The notes: a model not told the origin generated them from the sequence alone. Shown: positions 1 to 9,840, counted from the first letter of the stretch. The stretch: DNA of 64,000 bases from Minisyncoccota bacterium (GCA_028713005.1 JAQTPC010000002.1:36643-100642); one strand, 5' to 3'. Made by a program: numbers and translations.

Positions 1-389
1 GTGATTTTTGTGCTCGTACAAATATACGGTTTGATTCGCCCACCTTTTCATTTTCTGTCCAGATTTGTTCGGTGATCGGTTTGTCAGGGTGGAGTATTTC
101 GATAATGCCTTTTTTGATACCGCTACCGTATATGCCGTCTTCGGGATAGGCAACGGCATGTGCGTAATGGATCTTGATCGGTGAAAAATTTTGATATTCG
201 ATCTGGTAAATAACCAGAACGTGATCTCGATCAGAATTATCCGGCCCACCGACCATGGTGATGATGTCTCCCGGCTCAACTTTGTCTACCGCGACTGCCT
301 GACTATTTTTATCATGTGCAAACGTTGCTACGTCACAGTTCTCTATTGGTCGCAACGCGCATCGTATCTTTCCGATAATGCCGTGGCAA
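1..389 (-). CDS. 3'-part (frame B) of a minus-strand gene running off the window start. The product ends ...GDIITMVGGPDNSDRDHVLVIYQ...HYAHAV... and is possibly NlpC/P60-like. It may be the frameshifted continuation of the 344..745 ORF.
   Basis: Hand translation of the minus strand. The frame is open from a TTG at 389 to position 1. GDxxxxxxG...H[VI]xIY is reminiscent of the NlpC/P60 His region. This ORF is absent from the supplied ORF track because it is open-ended. Confidence 0.3.
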
Positions 390-745
390 TTAATGAAATG
401 TATATGCTTGTCGAGGCTACCTTTTTTTAGTTCTTGGCTTTGCGAGTTTAAAACATAATACGTGAAAGCTGAGCAATCAATACCGATGTTATTATCAGTC
501 AATGTTTTTTTGAGCAGTTCACCAGTAACAGTAGATATATCGACATGGTCTTTGAGCATCAAGCCTTTTATCTCTTCAAATATCTCTTGAGGACTTCCTT
601 TACCAGCAAGTGCACGTAAGGCTGCGCGAGTACGGAGTGTTTTGTTATTAAAATACGGGATAGAACAGACAGCCTCACCTATTTTGAAGTTAAGATATTG
701 ATCGATGACAGTTAAAGCATGGTTTCCTAGAGTCTTGGTATTCAT
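344..745 (-). CDS. Hypothetical protein, 133 aa (MNTKTLGNHALTVIDQYLNF...GIDCSAFTYYVL...). It may be the N-terminal part of a frameshifted NlpC/P60-like gene.
   Basis: Hand translation: ATG is the revcomp of 743..745 and the stop TAG is the revcomp of 344..346. It contains a 'DCSAF' Cys motif. It is not present in the supplied ORF track. Confidence 0.35.
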
Positions 746-772
746 AAGACGATTATAACATTGATCATTGTG

Positions 773-2032
773 TTATTGGACATTGAGTATTTCTAAAATC
801 TCCTTTCCGCGCTTGTTGAATCTACCATGCGTCTCCATGATGCCGAGTATGCTTTGGATGCGGAGTAAATCAGCATTCTCGTCAATGTTGGGATACAAGA
901 TGGTCTGATGACCTAATGTAGTAAGTGCGTTTATCTGCTTATCAGAAATACTTTGGGTGATACGAGTGACACGCTGGATGATTTGTGATCCATCATTGAT
1001 TGGAATGATTGCGGCACCTCGAGGTTCAACCTCAAGGTTGAACCTCGAGGTAAGCGCCTTCAAATGTGCCTCAAATATAGTTTGACCATCGACACCAAGC
1101 TCGCGGTTTTTTTGCTGTAGCTGAGATTCGTACGTAGTAGATGCGGGTTGACGCGCATTTATTTCGATCAAGAATATTTTGTTTAGTTCATCGTCACGCA
1201 TGACGTCGATCCCAAAGAGACCTCTCCAACCATCTGACTGCAATTTTTTTGCAATATCTGTTGCCATAGATTCTATGACACCGATCTCATCTTCGTTTAG
1301 AAGGGAATGGGTGAGCGACCAATCATTTCCAATGGTTGTAAATAGGTTTTCTGTAAAAGGGGGGATACCGGTAATTTGATAGCTAATATTACCAAGGTAT
1401 ATAGTTGCATCATCAACAACAACATTAAGAGTAAATGAAGGACCATGAACATATGAAGTGACACGCGCCAATCTTTCGGGAAATTTTTCTTGTACCGCAT
1501 TGAGCTCATCGTTTGAATTGACCAACGTCGTACCAAGGCCAGTGTGACTATGTGCCCACTGGATGATCAGAGGTTTCTTGCTCCAAATAATATCCTTTGC
1601 AGTGATGAGTGAGTGGGGAGGTAGATATGTGTTACCAAGTGCGCCGAGATATTCTACCTGTGTCATTTTATTTTCAATTTTCTCTGCCAGCACACTTGAA
1701 GGGTTCACTAAGTTCCAGTTATTCTTTTTGCATATTTCTTCTATCTGAGAAGTGTTTTTGAATACGATGATTGAGATATTTTCTGCACCCATATCTTCGA
1801 TGAGTGAGTGGAGCGCTTTGTTGTCGAGCAATTCACGTGTGTCCAAAAGATCACCATCTTCTCTGGTTGTTTCTATGAGATGAATGAAATCAGGATATGA
1901 TTTTTTGATTGATTCTGCATATGCGGTTTTATTTGCCACGATATAATAGTCGGCGCTTGGTTGCACACCTAAAGCGCGTTCGATGTCGCGCGTTACATAG
2001 AGTATTACAGGGGATTTTACCGGTTTTGCCAT
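773..2032 (-). CDS. ATP-grasp domain protein (ligase-like)
   Basis: 419-aa ORF. The motif '...GIDVMRDDELNKIFLIEINARQPAS' is typical of the ATP-grasp C-terminal Mg/ATP-binding region. Confidence 0.45.
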   Translation of the reverse strand: MAKPVKSPVILYVTRDIERALGVQPSADYYIVANKTAYAESIKKSYPDFIHLIETTREDGDLLDTRELLDNKALHSLIEDMGAENISIIVFKNTSQIEEICKKNNWNLVNPSSVLAEKIENKMTQVEYLGALGNTYLPPHSLITAKDIIWSKKPLIIQWAHSHTGLGTTLVNSNDELNAVQEKFPERLARVTSYVHGPSFTLNVVVDDATIYLGNISYQITGIPPFTENLFTTIGNDWSLTHSLLNEDEIGVIESMATDIAKKLQSDGWRGLFGIDVMRDDELNKIFLIEINARQPASTTYESQLQQKNRELGVDGQTIFEAHLKALTSRFNLEVEPRGAAIIPINDGSQIIQRVTRITQSISDKQINALTTLGHQTILYPNIDENADLLRIQSILGIMETHGRFNKRGKEILEILNVQ

Positions 2033-2060
2033 AGAGCCAGTTTACTGTTAAAGTGCTTTC

Positions 2061-2759
2061 ATGTCTACACTTTCTATTATAGGAACCCCTATTGGCAATC
2101 TTGAGGACATTACTCTCCGAGCTCTCAAAGTGCTTGGAAGCTCTGATCTCGTCTTGTGCGAAGATACTCGCATGACTAAACGGCTTTTTGATCGTCACGG
2201 CATATCAGTACCAACTAAGTCGTATCACATGCATAGTAAGCTCTCTCGTGTCGATGAAATCATCACTTTGCTCAAAGCAGGAAAAAACATTGCGCTTGTA
2301 TCTGATGCTGGAACTCCGGGCATATCAGATCCGGGTTCAGAGCTCGTTTCAAGGATCAGAAAGGAGTGCATCACAGAAATATCTGCAGGTGAATTGAAGA
2401 TAGAAGCAATTCCTGGTCCATCAGCACTGACATCTGCGCTTTCAATTGCTGGAGTGCCCTGCGCCGATTTTACTTTTCTTGGTTTTTTACCTCATAAAAA
2501 GGGTAGAGAGACGTTATTTAAAGAAATCACAGCTTCAGAGCGAACAATGGTATTCTATGAATCGCCGCATCGTATTTTAAAAACACTTGATTCACTCGTT
2601 GAACATCTTGATACTGCAAAAAAAGTAACTGTTTGTCGTGAACTTACAAAGATTTTTGAAGAAGTAGTCGCTGGCAGCGCCCAAGAAGTGAAAGCGTATT
2701 TTGAAACACATACAGATAAAGTCCGCGGAGAATTTGTTGTTATTGTGAGTAGAGAATAG
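2061..2759 (+). CDS. rsmI: 16S rRNA (cytidine1402-2'-O)-methyltransferase RsmI
   Basis: N-terminus 'LSIIGTPIGNLEDITLRALKVL...LVLCEDTR' is the RsmI/tetrapyrrole-methylase-fold signature. Length 232 aa. Confidence 0.85.
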   Translation: MSTLSIIGTPIGNLEDITLRALKVLGSSDLVLCEDTRMTKRLFDRHGISVPTKSYHMHSKLSRVDEIITLLKAGKNIALVSDAGTPGISDPGSELVSRIRKECITEISAGELKIEAIPGPSALTSALSIAGVPCADFTFLGFLPHKKGRETLFKEITASERTMVFYESPHRILKTLDSLVEHLDTAKKVTVCRELTKIFEEVVAGSAQEVKAYFETHTDKVRGEFVVIVSRE

Positions 2760-2765
2760 TTCTGA

Positions 2766-2795
2766 GTCCGCGCTTAAAGGACGTTGCGCGGACAT
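2766..2795. repeat. 30-nt palindromic element GTCCGCGCTTAAAGGACGTTGCGCGGACAT, copy 1. It has an 8-bp GC-rich stem and a 12-nt loop.
   Basis: Exact reverse-complement copy at 41844..41873. Both copies lie between convergent gene ends. Confidence 0.6.
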
Positions 2796-2807
2796 GATTC
2801 CGCGGAA

Positions 2808-2836
2808 TCAAAAGCCGCAGGTGTCATACTGCGGCG
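2808..2836 (-). terminator. Rho-independent terminator for the minus-strand gene 2839..3303
   Basis: Hairpin GCCGCAG-N8-CTGCGGC. On the minus strand it is followed by TTTT (AAAA at 2810-2813 on the plus strand). Confidence 0.5.
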
Positions 2837-2838
2837 TG

Positions 2839-3303
2839 TTATTTTGATAGTTTACGAGCCAGTGAAATAAATTCAATGACATCGCATATGTCTTCATCTC
2901 GAGTTGAAACGATAGCCAATCCATCGCTAAACTGCATGATGAGCGTTTGACCGCACTCTTTTTCCAAAAGAACTTTGTGTGGGCTCACCAAGGTAAATGG
3001 CGGCCAACGATCAGAGAACCGAATCATGGGGTCACCAGATTTAACGAGTCCGTGATCAAGTTCAATTTCAGCCAGAATAGCTTCTTGTGGAGTGTATTCA
3101 GCCATCGGTTCGACGCGAAGCTTGCATTCATCTCCGTTGTCGATAGATATGCTGGACAGAAGTCCGATGAACCACTTTTGTTTTTTGTAAATCCGCACAA
3201 CCACCTCTTTTGTTTGGGTAGTTAAGAACGGATCGAGCATCTCTTTTGTAAGAGGAATAGAATCGTTGATTTTCATATCCGTTTCTTGTTGCGTTTTTAA
3301 CAC
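2839..3303 (-). CDS. hypothetical protein
   Basis: 154-aa ORF with no recognisable motifs. It is flanked by a terminator. Confidence 0.45.
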   Translation of the reverse strand: MLKTQQETDMKINDSIPLTKEMLDPFLTTQTKEVVVRIYKKQKWFIGLLSSISIDNGDECKLRVEPMAEYTPQEAILAEIELDHGLVKSGDPMIRFSDRWPPFTLVSPHKVLLEKECGQTLIMQFSDGLAIVSTRDEDICDVIEFISLARKLSK

Positions 3304-3424
3304 TTCCTTCTGGTGCTATGGTATCACTATGGGGTATATTCGTAAAACTCATATATCGTCTGCGCTCGGATTTTACGTAAGCAAGCTTCCGTAAATCCTC
3401 ACTTGACGCTATAATGGCAACACT

Positions 3425-3751
3425 ATGTCAAAACGCCAATTAATTATTTTATTCGCTGCTCTTATTATTCTTCTCGCTTTGATCTCAGGTTTTCCTTCTT
3501 TCTGGAAATCTACTCTCGATATTGTCCTCGCTGGACTGATCATCTTTGTTGCTTACACGACAACCAAGCAATCAAATAATTCAAATAAAAGATCCGTCAA
3601 TGCGCCTTATGTCGATGCTCATGGTGGCGTAACATCAGCACCAGCATTTCGTGCTCCATCTGAATCAGTAAAAAAAGAACCTGTATTGCCCGTGGATGAA
3701 ATAACAACAGTGGCTTCAAGTGAAGTAACTAATCCCGTTCCTAACGCCTAA
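3425..3751 (+). CDS. small membrane protein (one hydrophobic N-terminal helix, Ser/Thr/Pro-rich tail)
   Basis: 108-aa ORF. Its stop overlaps the next gene's start (ATGA overlap). Confidence 0.45.
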   Translation: MSKRQLIILFAALIILLALISGFPSFWKSTLDIVLAGLIIFVAYTTTKQSNNSNKRSVNAPYVDAHGGVTSAPAFRAPSESVKKEPVLPVDEITTVASSEVTNPVPNA

Positions 3752-4986
3752 TGAATATTTGGGAGTACAGTGCAAAAGCTCAGATAGCAACGGTCATAAT
3801 AATTGCCTTTATTCTTGTTATCGCCGGTGTTTCATTTGCATGGATTTTGCCACTTGGCAAAGTTTCATACTCAGATCAAGTTTCAGGGGTAGCCACGACT
3901 ACAATTGCTACGACGACGCTAGAGATCGCCTCCTCAACACCTGTTTTTGTAGTAACGCATATTACTACGCCTCAACCGGTTAGAGCGGCATATTATACGA
4001 GTTGGGCGGCAGGTACCCCCTCATTCAAAAAGAAGATGTTTGAACTTATTGAAGGTACAGAGCTCAATAGTCTCGTTATCGATGTAAAAGACTATAGTGG
4101 ACGCATTAGCTTTCCAATGAATGATCCAGAAATAAAAAAAGTCGGTTCAGTTCAGGTTCGTATTCCTGAGATAAAAGAAATGATAGGGAAATTGCATGAA
4201 AAGGGTATATATGTGATCGGACGTGTTGCTGTTTTCCAGGACCCATTCATTGTCAAAGTTCATCCAGAATGGGCAGTGCTCGATAAACGTACGGGTAAAC
4301 AGTGGAAAGATTCTGGCGGAGCATATTGGGCAGATCCCTACAATAAAGAAATGTGGAAATATACAGTAGCTATTGCCAAAGAAGCGTACGCAGTTGGTTT
4401 TGATGAGATCAATTTTGATTATGTACGCTACCCATCTGATGGAGCACTCGATAGCGCACTATTTAGCAAGCCGGCAAGTACCACGAAAGCAGCTGCAATG
4501 AAAGAATTTTTTGTGTTTGTGCATGGTGAAATGTCGGCACTCGGTATACCAACCTCAGCTGATATATTCGGTCAGGTAACAAGTGACAAAGGTGATATGG
4601 GTATCGGTCAGCATTTTGAAAGTGTGTTGCCTTACTTTGATTACGTAAGTCCGATGGTCTATCCGTCACACTATATATCAGGATTTTTGAATTATACAAA
4701 ACCAGCTGAACATCCCTATGAGGTAGTGAAGTATGAAATGGATATTGCTGTTGCGCGTGCCATCGCTGCTTCATCAAGTCCTGACAAGATACGTCCTTGG
4801 CTTCAAGCTTTTGATCTTGGTGCCGTGTATACGCCCGCAATGGTCCATACTCAGATGCAAGCAACAGCGGATGCTGGTGCAAATGGATGGTTACTCTGGA
4901 ATGCAGGAAGTGTGTACAACAGAGCTTTTGTTCTACCATACGTTCATGCTACAACGACCGCAAAAGCTCCTTTGAAGTCTCTGTAG
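3751..4986 (+). CDS. putative glycoside hydrolase-like protein (DUF4015/GHL-type) with an N-terminal TM anchor
   Basis: The motif 'FDEINFDYVRYPSDG' matches the family signature as I recall it. 411 aa. Confidence 0.5.
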   Translation: MNIWEYSAKAQIATVIIIAFILVIAGVSFAWILPLGKVSYSDQVSGVATTTIATTTLEIASSTPVFVVTHITTPQPVRAAYYTSWAAGTPSFKKKMFELIEGTELNSLVIDVKDYSGRISFPMNDPEIKKVGSVQVRIPEIKEMIGKLHEKGIYVIGRVAVFQDPFIVKVHPEWAVLDKRTGKQWKDSGGAYWADPYNKEMWKYTVAIAKEAYAVGFDEINFDYVRYPSDGALDSALFSKPASTTKAAAMKEFFVFVHGEMSALGIPTSADIFGQVTSDKGDMGIGQHFESVLPYFDYVSPMVYPSHYISGFLNYTKPAEHPYEVVKYEMDIAVARAIAASSSPDKIRPWLQAFDLGAVYTPAMVHTQMQATADAGANGWLLWNAGSVYNRAFVLPYVHATTTAKAPLKSL

Positions 4987-5146
4987 TCACCTCTATGTTT
5001 TAGGTTATTCACAGGTGTGAGAGTGTACTTGCACTTTTTTATAATAGTGGTACTATTTCTATCCGGAGTAAGTAGCATGGGGTTTGAGGCTATCACCTCG
5101 ACATGCGAAAGCAAACTAAAAAAGAACATTAAGGAGAAATAAAGTT

Positions 5147-5395
5147 ATGGCACGAAAATCAATCGATCCAGTTGAAAAACTGGCAGTAAAGATTGGCGAT
5201 TCATCCCAGGTTTCTGGGAAGAAGACGTTTGTGACGCTACTCAATGCCGCAGGACAGCCCTACACTGATGCACTTGAAGTTAGCAGTTTTGCTGAAACAG
5301 TTGACCGTATCAAGGCTTCGCTTCGCGAGTTGCCGCGGCCGATTCTTGAGCAGTTGATGCAAAAGCACAACGTTCGTGTGAATGTCACAGCCTGA
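5147..5395 (+). CDS. small hypothetical protein (82 aa)
   Basis: Good RBS: AAGGAG 8 nt upstream of the ATG. It is followed by a strong terminator hairpin. Confidence 0.5.
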   Translation: MARKSIDPVEKLAVKIGDSSQVSGKKTFVTLLNAAGQPYTDALEVSSFAETVDRIKASLRELPRPILEQLMQKHNVRVNVTA

Positions 5396-5429
5396 CATTC
5401 GTTACGCATTATAACCTTTAGTATTATGC

Positions 5430-5462
5430 AACCCGACGTTGGAGGACGTCGGGTTGTTTTTT
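5430..5462 (+). terminator. Rho-independent terminator
   Basis: AACCCGACG-TTGGAGGA-CGTCGGGTT followed by GTTTTTT. It lies inside the 5' end of the track ORF 5426..7552, so that gene most likely starts at ATG 5495. Confidence 0.65.
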
Positions 5463-5494
5463 GTGTTATACTTATCCCAAACACCGTTATTTAT

Positions 5495-7552
5495 ATGGAC
5501 GACAACCGCGTTACATATTTCGCTGAGACTGATGCCCGCAACAAACGGGTTAAGTTTGGCATCAAGTCTATCGATCGCACCAAGCACGTCTATGTGATTG
5601 GTAAAACAGGTATGGGTAAATCTACTCTACTTGAAAATATTGCAGTGCAAGATATCCAGAACGGTGCGGGCATGGCCTTCATCGATCCGCACGGGAAGAC
5701 CGCAGATCTCCTCCTTGAATACGTTCCAAAAGAACGCATTCGCGATGTCATCGTCATTGCACCTTTTGATACTGATTTTCCTATTTCATTTAATGTTCTC
5801 GAAAGTGTCGACCCAAAGAAGCGTCACCTTGTCGTCGGAGGATTGATGAGCACCTTCAAAAAGATTTGGGAAGATGCATGGTCAGCGCGCATGGAATATA
5901 TTTTGACGAACACACTACTCGCTCTCCTTGAAGTACCGAATACAACTCTACTCAGTGTGAATCGTATGCTTTCTGACAAGGCCTATAGAAATGAGATCGT
6001 TGCTCAGGTTCAAGATCCATCTGTCAAAGCTTTTTGGGTAAAGGAGTTCGCTAACTATACTGAACGTATGGCAGCTGAAGCAGTGCCAGCTATCCAAAAC
6101 AAAGTCGGTCAGTTCACTGCAAACCCTCTCATCCGAAACATGATCGGTCAGCCGGTTTCATCGTTTGATTTCCGTAAGGCGATGGATGAAAACAAGATCA
6201 TTATCATTAACCTTTCAAAGGGTCGTATTGGTGATGAAAATATGAAGCTCCTCGGAGGACTACTCGTTACCAAGATTTATCTTGCTGCAATGTCGCGCGC
6301 CGATGTGCCTGATCGTGTGGTCAAGATGTTGCCGCACTTCTATCTTTTTGTGGATGAATTTCAAAACTTCGCCAATGCTTCATTCTCTGACATTCTCTCA
6401 GAGTCTCGCAAGTATAAACTCAATCTCACCATTGCTCACCAATATATCGAGCAGATGGATGAAAATGTGAGCGCTGCGGTATTCGGTAACGTGGGTACAA
6501 TGATCGTATTTCGTGTCGGTGCTACTGATGCTGAGGCACTTGAAAAAGAGTTTGCTCCTCAGTTCACAATGGAAGATCTGGTGAACCTCGGCCAGTTCCA
6601 GATGTATCTCAAGCTCATGATCAATGGTCTTACTTCTGCACCATTTTCTGCGACGTCGATGGGTCCGATTCCTCAAGGCAAGGTGTCATACGTCAAAGAG
6701 ATCATTGATGCATCACGTGAGCAGTTCGCACGACCACGTGAAGTGGTCGAGGAAATCATCGCCAAGTTCCATGAACCTACACCTGCTCCAAAAAAGGAAC
6801 CAAGTGCAACTAAAGCTCCGCTTACGGGAGATCTACGAAAACCAGAGCAAAAAATTGTTGCACAAAGTATGCCAGCAACTACTCCTAAAGTTAGTGTAGA
6901 AGTAAAACCAATGTCTGTGCAGACGCCAAAGCCAGAGCAAAAACCTATTTCAAGTGAAATAAAACCTGTAGTCAAAACCGATGCACCAGCAAAATTTGTG
7001 CCTCCCGTGAGAGCGACAGCGCCATCACCTTTGCTCAAGGACACTCTTGCCAAACTTGCTGCCCAGCCACGACCGGCTCCAGTAGTAAAAATGGTTGCAC
7101 CTATTGTTCAAAAATCTGATACAGCGTCTGTGCCTACAGCTCATCAACCATTTAAAAAGGCTTTTGCTACTGTTGCACCAGCGCAATCGACATCAATACC
7201 AAATCCTGTGCAAATAAATACTCAAGTGCCAGCTGTAAAACCAGTATCTCTCTCTTCGCTTCAAAAACCAAATCTTGTATCGCCAGTTTCACCTGCATCA
7301 CCTCGACTTGATCCAAAAGCACAGACTCCGCAAAATGTCAGTCAATTAAAAAATGCATTGGCTGCAGCTCTTGCGAGATCAAAACCTGTTGATGTCACTC
7401 AGGCGGTCCCGCAACCTGTTTCAGCTGAGGTAAACGCACCCGTTTCAGCACCAGTACCAGTGCGACCCCAAATAGAAGAGCAAAAGTCTCAGACAGAACA
7501 TCCACATGAAGTTTCTGAAGAGGTGCTCAAGAAGGTCTTGAAGATTGATTAA
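5495..7552 (+). CDS. TraD/VirD4/TrwB-like AAA+ ATPase (type IV coupling-protein family) with a roughly 250-aa Pro/Ala/Lys/Val-rich low-complexity C-terminal tail
   Basis: Walker A 'VIGKTGMGKST' followed by 'FIDPHGK' (the DPxG motif of coupling proteins). The start was re-set downstream of the terminator, at MDDNRVTYF. Confidence 0.55.
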   Translation: MDDNRVTYFAETDARNKRVKFGIKSIDRTKHVYVIGKTGMGKSTLLENIAVQDIQNGAGMAFIDPHGKTADLLLEYVPKERIRDVIVIAPFDTDFPISFNVLESVDPKKRHLVVGGLMSTFKKIWEDAWSARMEYILTNTLLALLEVPNTTLLSVNRMLSDKAYRNEIVAQVQDPSVKAFWVKEFANYTERMAAEAVPAIQNKVGQFTANPLIRNMIGQPVSSFDFRKAMDENKIIIINLSKGRIGDENMKLLGGLLVTKIYLAAMSRADVPDRVVKMLPHFYLFVDEFQNFANASFSDILSESRKYKLNLTIAHQYIEQMDENVSAAVFGNVGTMIVFRVGATDAEALEKEFAPQFTMEDLVNLGQFQMYLKLMINGLTSAPFSATSMGPIPQGKVSYVKEIIDASREQFARPREVVEEIIAKFHEPTPAPKKEPSATKAPLTGDLRKPEQKIVAQSMPATTPKVSVEVKPMSVQTPKPEQKPISSEIKPVVKTDAPAKFVPPVRATAPSPLLKDTLAKLAAQPRPAPVVKMVAPIVQKSDTASVPTAHQPFKKAFATVAPAQSTSIPNPVQINTQVPAVKPVSLSSLQKPNLVSPVSPASPRLDPKAQTPQNVSQLKNALAAALARSKPVDVTQAVPQPVSAEVNAPVSAPVPVRPQIEEQKSQTEHPHEVSEEVLKKVLKID

Positions 7553-7554
7553 AG

Positions 7555-8760
7555 GTGTGGGAGCATGAATATATGAAACCACGACGCATACTTATTTTTT
7601 CTTTTGCGTACTATCCTCGCTTTGTTGGCGGGGCTGAGGTTGCTATAAAGGAAATTACTGACCGCATATCATCTGAGACTATCGAGTTTGATCTCATTTG
7701 CCTTCGTCTTGATTCGCGCTTGCCGGCATTTGAGCGTATAGGAAATGTGAATATATATCGCGTTGGCTTTTCACAGCATAAAGAATTTTCAACAGATTCA
7801 TTGCCGTGGTATTTGCATATAAATAAATACTTGTATCTTTTTACTGGTGTACGAAAAGCTCTCTCGCTCAATCGTAAAAGACATTATGACGCTATCTGGT
7901 CGCTCATGGCTACCTATAGTTCATTTGCTGCAGTTATATTCAAGATACTCAAACCAAAAATTCCATTTATCTTCACATTGCAGGATGGTGACCCTATTCC
8001 ATATATAAAGCGAAAAGCATTACCGTTGTACCCATTATTTAAAATGATGTTCACGAGAGCTGATCACATACAGACTATCTCTACTTATCTCGCTGATTGG
8101 GCAAAAGATATGGGTGCGAAGTGCCCGATAACCGTCGTGCCAAATGCGGTTGATTTCAAGCTATTCTCGACAAAAGAATCTGTTGAAGAGCAGAATGTTT
8201 TGAAAGAAAAGCTCGGCAAAAAAGAAGGGGATATTTTTGTAATCACTACTTCTCGACTTGTAGTAAAAAATGCAGTAAATGATGTTATCGATGCACTTCA
8301 GTATTTACCAGCGAACGTAAGATTTATTGTGTTGGGTCAGGGGTATCAGGAAAAAATGCTCAAGGATCAATGTTCAATGCTCGAACTGAATGATCGTGTG
8401 AAATTCCTGGGCTATGTACCACACAAAGAAATGCCCAAATATCTCCACGTTTCAGATGTTTTCATTCGTCCTTCATTATCTGAGGGTTTCGGTAATTCAT
8501 TTATAGAAGCAATGGCTGCAGAAATACCAGTTATAGCTACGCCAGTTGGTGGTATCACAGACTTTCTCGTCGAAGGAGAAACAGGACTTTTTTGCGATGT
8601 GCACAGTCCGCGCAGTATTACCCAGAAGATAGAAAAATTGATCAGAGACAGAGAGTCGCGTGACTATATTGTCGCTCGCGCAAAAAAGATGGTTCAAGAA
8701 AAATATGAATGGAATGCTATTGTTGAACGTATGCAGGATATATTTCTCAGTATTGTATAG
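7555..8760 (+). CDS. glycosyltransferase family 4
   Basis: C-terminal 'EGFGNSFIEAMAAEIPVIATPVGGITDFLVEGETG' is the GT4 (EX7E) signature. Confidence 0.8.
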   Translation: MWEHEYMKPRRILIFSFAYYPRFVGGAEVAIKEITDRISSETIEFDLICLRLDSRLPAFERIGNVNIYRVGFSQHKEFSTDSLPWYLHINKYLYLFTGVRKALSLNRKRHYDAIWSLMATYSSFAAVIFKILKPKIPFIFTLQDGDPIPYIKRKALPLYPLFKMMFTRADHIQTISTYLADWAKDMGAKCPITVVPNAVDFKLFSTKESVEEQNVLKEKLGKKEGDIFVITTSRLVVKNAVNDVIDALQYLPANVRFIVLGQGYQEKMLKDQCSMLELNDRVKFLGYVPHKEMPKYLHVSDVFIRPSLSEGFGNSFIEAMAAEIPVIATPVGGITDFLVEGETGLFCDVHSPRSITQKIEKLIRDRESRDYIVARAKKMVQEKYEWNAIVERMQDIFLSIV

Positions 8761-8799
8761 CAAAGTACATAAGTCGAATTCGTAGTATAATTAGAAGAT

Positions 8800-9840
8800 A
8801 TGAAAATACTTATTGCATCTGGTATATACCCACCTGATATCGGCGGTCCTGCACAATACGCCCGTAATCTCTATGAAACATGGAAGGGCCGCGATCATGA
8901 TGTGAAGGTAGCTGCATATCGCTGGGAGCGAGCATTTCCTCCGCTCGTCAGGCATTTTTTGTATTTTCTCAAGATCATTCGCAAAGGTTGGAAGGCAGAC
9001 CTTATCCTTGTGCTCGACACATGGTCAGCTGCAGTGCCGACAATGCTCGCATGCTCACTTATGAGAAAAAAATACATTCTGCGTACTGGGGGTGATTTTT
9101 TATGGGAAACATACGCAGAGAGAACAGGTGACATGGTTTTATTCAATAACTTTTATGGAAAGGACAACGCAGCTGGTCCAGAGTTTATGGCAAAGTTGTC
9201 ATTTAAAGAGAGACTCGTATTCAAGCTCGGTGGAGCTGCACTTCGTCGTGCACAAGTAGTTATCTTCAGTACCCAGTGGCAAAAAAATATATTCGAACGG
9301 GCGTACAAAATCAACACAAAAAAAAGTGTCATCGTAGAAAATTATTGTGGTGCACGTATGGATATCATGGAGCCAGAAAATCGAACATTTTTGGCCAGTA
9401 CTCGCATCTTGAAATGGAAAAATATCGACCTCCTCAAAGAGGCCTTCGCTGAGGCTCAGGTTGAGGTCAAACGTCGCGGTTTGCCTGATATTGATATGGA
9501 TACGAGCAAAGCGATGTATTCGAACTTCGTTGAGCGTATGCACCGTTCATATGCAGTTATCCTCGCGTCACTTGGTGATATCAGCCCAAACATGATCTTT
9601 GATGCAGTCATGACGCGTACACCTTTTATTGTTACAAAAGAGATCGGTATCACTGACAGGATACAAGACGCAGCTATTTTTATTGATCCAAAAAACAAAC
9701 AGGATATTGTTGATAAGATTGTGTGGATGGCTGATCCTGCGAACCGTGCAGTGCAAGCAAAAAAAGTTCAGGCACTACCATTTATGCATTCATGGGAGGA
9801 CATTGCTCGTGAGATCTTGGAGATCGGTAAGAAAAAATAG
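8800..9840 (+). CDS. glycosyltransferase (GT4-like, GT-B fold)
   Basis: N-terminus 'MKILIASGIYPPDIGGPAQYARNL' is typical of GT4 enzymes. Confidence 0.6.
   Translation: MKILIASGIYPPDIGGPAQYARNLYETWKGRDHDVKVAAYRWERAFPPLVRHFLYFLKIIRKGWKADLILVLDTWSAAVPTMLACSLMRKKYILRTGGDFLWETYAERTGDMVLFNNFYGKDNAAGPEFMAKLSFKERLVFKLGGAALRRAQVVIFSTQWQKNIFERAYKINTKKSVIVENYCGARMDIMEPENRTFLASTRILKWKNIDLLKEAFAEAQVEVKRRGLPDIDMDTSKAMYSNFVERMHRSYAVILASLGDISPNMIFDAVMTRTPFIVTKEIGITDRIQDAAIFIDPKNKQDIVDKIVWMADPANRAVQAKKVQALPFMHSWEDIAREILEIGKKK

Noticed and set aside
191-430. 79-aa plus-strand ORF
   Set aside because: It lies antisense to the better-supported minus-strand reading frames (344..745 and 1..389). It has no RBS and no motif.
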